From Klebsormidium nitens (lineage: Eukaryota > Plantae > Klebsormidiophyceae), in NCBI GenBank assembly GCA_000708835.1, contig DF237716.1, positions 1 through 34,818 of the forward strand: DNA of 34,818 nucleotides, read 5' to 3'. The notes under the pieces are model-generated. The model did no database searches and was not told the origin of the DNA. It saw only the letters and a program-made list of their open reading frames with translations. The position numbers and the translations under genes were made by a program. Position 1 is the first letter of the stretch; every line of letters begins with the position of its first letter. This document shows, piece by piece, positions 27,651 to 34,818 of this stretch.

Positions 27651-30600
27651 GCCCGGGTCGCCCTACCAACAAAAGCCCGACGTTCATCACCGACAAGCGC
27701 CCCGTCACGGGGGCCCTCGACAAAACGTCCCCCGACAAAACGATGACGGCATTCAAGGAGAACGTGCAAGGGCAGCAGGGGTTTCGACGGGCGTACCGGT
27801 CGGCGGGGTCGCATCCGGACGTCGTGTCGGGAGCGACGATGGTGTGGCCTCCAATGGCCGGGAAGAATGGTACCGCGCACGAGCGGGCGCTGTTTTTTGC
27901 GTCGTTAGGGGCGGGGCAACGGGCAGGGCCAGTGCACGAACGCGAGGCGCGGACTCTGTACGACCTGATGCTGATCCGGGGGTGCAACAGCAAGCTCTTA
28001 CAGCACTACTCCAGCATTCTCGGGACTGCGCTCGGGTTACGGACAACCAAGGGTTTGCTAACCACGCAGCCGGCGATCGTCGTCTATGTCTCGCGCAAGG
28101 TTAACCAGGCGTGGTTAGACGACCACCAAACCCTCCCCGACAAGCTCCGCGGCCCCGACGGCCTCTGGTGCGACCTCGACGTGATCGAATTCGCGGACGG
28201 CACCGCGCAAAAGGCGGAGAGCTACTCCGGGTTAGCGGATGGGTTACGGGGCGGCGACACGCAGATCGGCCCCGGTTCGCAAGTCGCGACGTCGGAAGTT
28301 TACGGGACGCTGGGCGCAATCGTTCGGTGCCGGTCACAGAAGCGGTTAGGGTTCTTAACCAACCGGCACGTGAGCGTGGATTTAGACCAACCCCTCCAGA
28401 AACTGTACCACCCACTTCCCCCGGTGCTCGGGGCGAACGTGTACCTGGGGACCGTCGAGCGGGCGGTCTCGTACGCGACAGATCATCTGTGGTACGGCAA
28501 GTTCTGCAGCCCAAATCCAGGTGAGATGGTTGAAAATGCTCAGCGTTTGGTTTCTTTGAGAGACGTGTCTGCTACGTTCTGCTTCTTCTCTATAATTCTG
28601 CTTTTGGATGTGAGAGCTGTCGAAAGGGCGGTCGTGTGTGCTGCTGTTTCTGAGGACCAGGACGTCTCGCAGTCGTAATCCAGCTCTGCGAGCCTGCTGT
28701 CCGCTAAGCAGTGCGAAGTCAAGGTTCGGTTTATGTGAGACTCTTTTACTCAGACGAATGGAAGTCTTATGGTCTCATAAGAAGAGCGGGAAGGACGTGA
28801 GTCTTAAGTTCACGGCCAGGGTCCTCCTTTCCACTTGCATCCTGCAACCAGCCTAGAAAAGTGTCAAAGCTGGAAAAGAGTCCAATCCAGCCCCTAAACC
28901 GGCCCTGCAGATGAAGTTCTGTCTATTGCCGAAGTTGCGCACTCACATCCACCAGTGACATCGGACTCGAGTTCTAAAACTTAATCGCCTGTGTGGGATT
29001 CCTTGACTCCCAGGTCATTTTTTCAGTTATGACGTCTTGGTAATTGAATCTGCTCCACGTGCAGATTCCAAACCGTTTGCTGCAAAGTTGGGCCGAGGAA
29101 AAGGAGCTTTCCCCAGTTGCACGGTCCAGAATTTGTTTCGATGCAGTTCCATCTTGGAAGTTCGCGCCGCTGGACGCGCAGATTGTCACATTCTGCGTAC
29201 TCGAATGTGCTCTACGTGCACTTTTTGAACCACCACTTCTTCTCGTATAACCCTGGTTAAGATGCAGATTCTTAACCCGCTACTTCGACTAACCTAACCC
29301 TGTGTAATGTGCAGACTCTTTCGTCCGCGCCGACGGCGCATACGTTCCCTTCGCCGACGACTTCAACCTGCACCAAATCACACCCGAGATGAAGGGGATC
29401 GGGAAGCTCGGGCCGGTGTTCGAGATCGACCTGGAACTGCCGGTAACTAGCATAGTGGGGAAAAAGGTGCATAAAGTCGGTCGGACCACTGGGCTGACGA
29501 CAGGTGTCATCATGGCGTGCTCGGTGGAGTACGACGACGATAAAGGGATTACGATCTACACGGACTTCCTGGTACTGGGGGACAAGGGAAACCCGTTCGA
29601 CGCCGAGGGGGATAGCGGGAGTCTGATCGTCATGCATGTGAGTGGATTACTTTGATCCAACTTACTAGATCGGACGAAGCTCCGTCTTATTATCGTTGAA
29701 ATTGATCGGACAGTCTCGATGTGGAGCGACGCACGACGAATTCCCTCTGGGCTCTGGGCAGTGATTGAGGATTCAATTTATATTACGGGCAGTCATTGAG
29801 AACTTTTATTGGGATCAGGGCAAGAACTGCTGTTTCATACTGGATTGTGGGCTCTTGAGCCAACCTACAGTGGATGAATCCAGCGTCTTCCAACTTTCGC
29901 CGCTTTCCCGACTTCACGAGGGTCGTGGAGATTGTGCTTGGCTCCATCATTTGAAAACAGGCACTTGCAACCAGCGTCGATCGATCTGACCGGTTCATAC
30001 GCTTTGCTTGAAGTCAAAATTTGAGTTCTTTTACAGCATAGCACCTCAAGAGTGGTTTCTGGCGCAACCTTTCTGCTTTCAGTAAAATCTGACGTTGCTT
30101 GAGGTCTCCGACACCTGACTAGTCGTAGTAAATGTCAACCAATCTTGACCATCCTTTCGACAATTGTCTCCACATGCCCAGGGCGAGGGCAACAAGTTTC
30201 CCGCCGGCGAGGCGAGGGACGACAACCGGCCTTCGACGTTCCGCTTTCGAAGTCTCAAAACACCCAACTTCTCTTTGACTTAGAAACGCAGAACTGATGC
30301 AAACAGCTTTTGGCTTTGCGGTGCAAATGCACAAACTTGTCTGCCTTCTTTGGGGTAACGTCCAGTAGTAGGTGCTCGAAAGCGAGGGCCCGCTTTTCTT
30401 ACCTGGCCATACCTTTTTACAGGATCTCTTGTGACTATCTGCACATCTCAAAGCCCTAAGCTGTTAACGGCAAAAACCCGGCGTGAAAGCCCTTGAGATG
30501 ACTGATACGCGACCGTTTTCTTATAGGGCGAAGACAGGAGTCTGCCCCGTCCGATTGGGCTCGTCTGGGGGGGCACCGTAAACCACGGACGCTTAAAACT

Positions 30601-32196
30601 GCGCGACGGCGCCGGACCTGAGAATTGGACGTCCGGGATCGGGCTTGCGCGTCTGCTCGATCTGCTGGATGTGGATCTGGTGACGTCACTTGATCAGAGC
30701 GGATCGGGTAAGAGCATCTTGGTATTGATTCCCTCTTCAAAGTGCCTGAGTTCAATTGGTTTTTGGGCAGAGGGGTCTCTGTGAGAGCGTTCAGGATTTT
30801 GTTTCTTTCTCCGGGTTTGGCCGTATTGATCCCCTTGAGGGAGAAGACGCCGCGGAATGCACCGGGACATTCGATTGGTGACGTTTTCTCTATCAGCGGG
30901 GTCCATTCACGGAACATGGTAGTTCTGTACTCCGCCTCTGTTTGCATTCGGTTTTGCTGTGCTGCAACCGTGCCTGTGGGCGGGTTTGACGCCTTCCAAT
31001 CAGTGGGATCAGGTGGGAGGACCTTTCTTTTCATGTTGTCCTCGTTTTGAAATCGTCATTTGCTATCCGGTGAGAGTTAGAACGGCCGCTGGATGTGTCA
31101 ACATGGGTTTGATGACGTTACGAGTTCAACGGGGGCGTGTTGAGCGGACAGCCTTCAGCGTAGCATCCTTTGAAGTTCCTTTCTCGCTTCCTCTTCCTAC
31201 TTTTCACGCCGAGAGGGTTGCAGAATCTTTTTTTTTGTGATTCTTTCAATGACGTCACTGAATGAGCGGAGTCCGGGTTCTAAGGCCAAAGATGGTTTGA
31301 CTAGCAGGAGCAAAGTGAGGAAGCGCCCTGTTCCTTTCCATTTGTCACCCTTCTCGTCGCTCTTTTGCCTGCGGGCAGGCAGAAATACTCGACGTCAGTT
31401 CGGTGACGTCACTCGACCAGTGGTGTCCAGATAAGAAGGCACCTGCTTTTCTGATTTTGTGGAGTACAATCTTGTCTGCCTCCGTTGGTTGGAAACTCGG
31501 CAGCAGCATACGGTGACGTCAAGTCGGCAGTAGCATACTATGACGTCACTCGAGCGGGGGCCTGGTAGGTGGCAACCCCGGTTTTGTCCGCCCATGTACC
31601 CTTTTTCGTTCATTGTTCGGTGTAGAGTAGAGAGCCAAGGGGTGTGCACGCTTTCGCTTTGCTGACGTCAGTCGACGGGCAGGACCCACGGTAAGGGAGA
31701 CTCCTTGTCCACTCCGCGAGCCCTTGTGCTTAGAAAACCTTGCCGTTTAGAATGACTTGAAAGCCTCTGGGTCGGAACCTCACGATTGTTCATCTCGCAG
31801 CCTCGGCTTGGTTCGTCAGCTGACCGTTTGGCACGAACGTGCGTATGGAGACAAGCAGCTTCGTCTTTGAGCGCGGGCGTCTGTTCAGAAAGTGACGGTT
31901 TTTCGGGACACTGGAGGCTGGGCTGCCTGATACTACTTTGCTGCCATGAGATTCTCTCGTGCGGCGTCATGCGGCGTCCAAATCGGCTGCAACGGAGGCT
32001 TCTCGGTCGCCGTGATGGGGATAGTTGACAGGATGCCCAAATGAGCATCGGCTGAGCACGTAATCACAATCTCACACCTAGGTAACGGTTTAAATTTGAG
32101 CGAAACAAGTCCTCCTTTCGTCCTTCTGCAGCATCCTTCAATCCGACGGGCACGGAAACCAGCGTTTTCTCTCCAAGCGCGGATGGCGCAACCTAG
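27605..32196 (+). CDS. NAL1: NARROW LEAF 1-like trypsin-fold serine protease, 4 coding exons, about 494 aa
   Basis: Exons 27605-28520, 29315-29637, 30527-30707 and tentatively 32132-32196 join in frame (phases 1, 0, 1). NAL1-family motifs LGTALGLR, GPDGLWCDLDVIEF, GPGSQVA..YGTLGAIV, GFLTNRHVSVDLD, HPLPPVLG..YLG.VERA, FVRADGAYVPFADDF, KVGRTTG.TTG, FDAEGDSGSLI, PRPIGLVWGGT.N.GRLKL, PENWTSG. Family membership is clear; strict orthology is not tested. Confidence 0.9.
30870..31675 (+). repeat. Downstream echoes of the NAL1-like exon-3 end, carrying repeated TGACGTCA
   Basis: Exon motif GGTGACGTCACTTGATCAGAGCGG (TGACGTCA at 30681) recurs degenerately at 30879, 31113, 31250, 31404, 31514, 31541 and 31663. 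Confidence 0.7.
32132..32196 (+). CDS. NAL1: Tentative terminal coding exon of the NAL1-like gene
   Basis: Strong acceptor cctcctttcgtccttctgcag, correct phase 1, reads ASFNPTGTETSVFSPSADGAT*; faint upstream echoes near 31801 and 31975. No sequence homology recognised. Confidence 0.45.
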
Positions 32197-34000
32197 CGTC
32201 GTATGAGAGGTGGGTGCTCTCATTCATTGTCTGATTTATTCGATGCGAGTTTTTAAAAGGACGTAGACAAGGGAAAGGAAAAACAGCATTCAGCGAGATA
32301 AGTGAACAAGTCCGTGTCCAATTGTCCGAAGTGCTGTGTCCATCTCAAAGCACGTTCGAAAAGGCTTCTTCAACGACAATTCCGGGGGGTTCTTTGTATG
32401 GACAAAGATGACGTAGGGCTTGGAAAGCATGATCGCAGAACGCGCATCTTGGCATTCCGTGAGACGTTGGAAGTCTCTTTGTGCACACGAAAAACAGGTC
32501 GCTGAACGTGGGCAACCTCTAAATGCAAAGAGAGCCTGAAGCGGCTGACAGCAGAATTCTTACACAGTCTGTTCGCCAAGGTTTGTGGATATTGGAAGTC
32601 TCGATTTAAGAGGAATCGTTCTCATACGGCCGGTGTGCGTTGAGAGCTTAAGGGATTGTAAGGCTAGTGCACGTCGAGAGAAAGGCCGTTTGTCCTCCGT
32701 CAGATGCGGCTGATAAAGCGGGGCTTACGGTCGCTGCAGACTCGCATGAACACGAACTTGATGGTTTGCGTTGAATGTGATTCCAACGAGCTACCTACGT
32801 CATTAAATATCTGCGCCAGAATAAAAAGCAAGAGCGATCCTCAGGGACAATGTTGGTTTGAGTTGCTTGCAATCGAAGTCTCCAGAATTATATCTTGAAG
32901 CTCCCCTTCTCGAATCTCCTCGTGCAGGTGGTGTGCAAGTGCATTGCATCAATCTAACATCGTCGAGGTGAAGCTTAGATACCAATGTGGACCTCCAGTC
33001 CAAACTGCCGGTCATGCTGCTTGCGGTTTTGTTGCGGTGCTCGTGGTTATGGCGAAGTGAGCATGCGGATGAGTTTGTGACGTGAGTGTCAAAGATAGCA
33101 GTCTGCTCGCCCACAACTAGCAGTTGCATGGTTTAATGTTCAATTGAGCCAGTTGCGCCTCCTTATACTCGGAATGTACAGTTCGGACATGGATTCAGAG
33201 TTAGCTTATGAAAGAAATAGCCCCTCAATGAAGCATTGGTGAAACCCATACAGAACGCATTTATCACCCCCAATGGTGAGTTTAGTCGGCAATTGCTTTG
33301 ACACTAGTTTGAGACTTTTGTAATCATTAAAATCGAGTAAGCTGGATGTTTTTAGATTGTTGTAATGATTGACGTATTGCTAAAGGTGGATCTGTTATTT
33401 GCTCTAACCATTAGTGATGGTTCAAGAAGATCATCATTGTGCGTTGGTCTCGTCAATCTGCACCAGATTATCAGTCACCAAACAATGGCAGAGATAAAAA
33501 CTCTCACATACATGCAATGATGGCTTTTGTAAGTTCTTAGAAGATCGATCAACTGAGCTACTAGCTGATGGTAATTTCCAAATTATCGCCCTTTCTTAGC
33601 CTGAGCCACCATGGCGGTGGAGCACACCGACGGTCTCCGGCACGGCCGGGAATCTATTTTTGACTCCGCGGCAGGCTTGCTACGGCTACGTTTCATGTCC
33701 AGCAAGATATGCGAACCCTAATACTACATGGACGCCAATAAGCAAGATGCAGCTTAACTAGCTTCGGACTCATCATCGGGCATAGTAGAGCGCATATTCC
33801 AAGATGCGGAGCTCTGTAGGTCTGGGATGCTTGACACACTTCATACATTTATGCGGCCGTGAGAAGCCTACATGGCCTATAGGTTGCTGGTAGCTATGCG
33901 TACGAAAAGCGACCATCGGATTGACCGATAGAACCTTCGATCCTAGCTACCCAAGTCAAACTTACCGGCCAATACATCAATTGACGGTATACATGCCAGC

Positions 34001-34045
34001 ACACGCTCCCCACCCTAACTTCCCTCAAACCAACCCTACCGTCCC
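34001..34045 (+). repeat. Dispersed C-rich repeat module, copy 3 (internally deleted)
   Basis: ACACGCTCC-CCACCCTAAC-TTCCCTCAAAC-CAACCCTACC shares blocks with copies 1 and 2. Confidence 0.45.
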
Positions 34046-34789
34046 TGTCCCCCGGGTGCTAGCTGCGTAGTCGACATGCCGTTAGTCAACGTGATCGCAA
34101 TCGCGACCTATCCGTCTAGGTCGTATGCATGCACCGGACTTCCCCCGGATACCCGGACTTCTCAAAGACACTACTCACAACTCTGACGGATATATGCCTA
34201 TGGCATCGCAGACTGCCTCATGCATGTTGAATGGTGCTAGTTCGCTGAGCACCTTCGAACCTTAGTCCGACTGCATCAGTGAGACCGCTGAGACCGGTTA
34301 TAATTTGTTTACGCTAGCCCCCCGCTAGCCAGGCGCTACCGTGGCGCTACCCATGCTGGACCTCATGGACCGGACATGCTAAGTTTCATCGTCTAAATGC
34401 AATCAATCAGAATGATGATTTTGCACTTCTGTAAAAGTACATCATGGCAGTTGTATCACGTATGAACGTATGATACGCGAGATGAAAATGAGCAAACAGA
34501 TCGATGAAACAGCCCCCCGACAGCCATTCTGCCTGTTTCCTTACTGCAACTTCGTACGGACTTTCAGGACTCAAATGTCTGGTAAGACACAGAGCCTGAG
34601 GCCGGGTAGGCCCAGCTGTACAACTGTTGTAGGAACGTGTGTTGTCCGCGCCGCTCCCTCCTCTTTCGGTCTTAGCGCCCCCTGAGTCAAGCGTCGTTGC
34701 ACCCGAAAGTGGACGATAATTGTAGAGCCGACTTAGAACCGGCACCGGTTCTTACATGACCTGCATGACCGTCACTTTCTTTCACATCA

Positions 34790-34818
34790 GCAGAGGAGCA
34801 GAGGCGCAGAGGCGCAGA
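34790..34818 (+). repeat. 8-bp tandem repeat (GCAGAGGC/A), cut by the window end
   Basis: GCAGAGGA GCAGAGGC GCAGAGGC GCAGA. Confidence 0.8.

Noticed and set aside
34785-34793. CATCAGCAG shared by the window start (1-9) and near its end
   Set aside because: A 9-bp match with no extension, and window edges are arbitrary.
1-34818. Remaining 60-190 aa ORFs in the track; tRNA, rRNA or other structured RNA genes
   Set aside because: Most ORFs are antisense or off-frame shadows of GC-rich exons and echoes. I saw no tRNA or rRNA signatures, but no covariance search was run.

Overview
Eukaryotic genomic DNA with GT-AG introns, GC-rich exons and one N gap. The gene families (EID1-like F-box, plant-type threonine deaminase, NAL1-like protease) point to a streptophyte. 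A Klebsormidium-like charophyte alga is my inference, not something the sequence proves. Three protein-coding genes are supported: (1) an EID1/EDL-like F-box gene on the minus strand (7849-9444); (2) a head-to-head, 9-exon plastid-type biosynthetic threonine deaminase (IlvA/OMR1, 10160-21281, about 709 aa); (3) a 4-exon NARROW LEAF 1-like trypsin-fold serine protease (27605-32196, about 494 aa, last exon tentative). The rest is intergenic DNA with a foldback/MITE-like element, a dispersed C-rich motif and probable decayed coding remnants. The standout signal is that most splice junctions of both spliced genes are flanked by tandem, truncated 'echo' copies of the junction. Acceptor plus exon-start copies lie upstream of an exon; exon-end plus donor copies lie downstream. 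Unit sizes are about 85-205 bp, often about 165-172 bp. These fragments look non-coding, yet they differ from the real exons mostly at synonymous positions (e.g. 8 synonymous and 0 non-synonymous differences over 25 codons), which simple neutral tandem duplication does not predict. All alignments and counts were made by eye.
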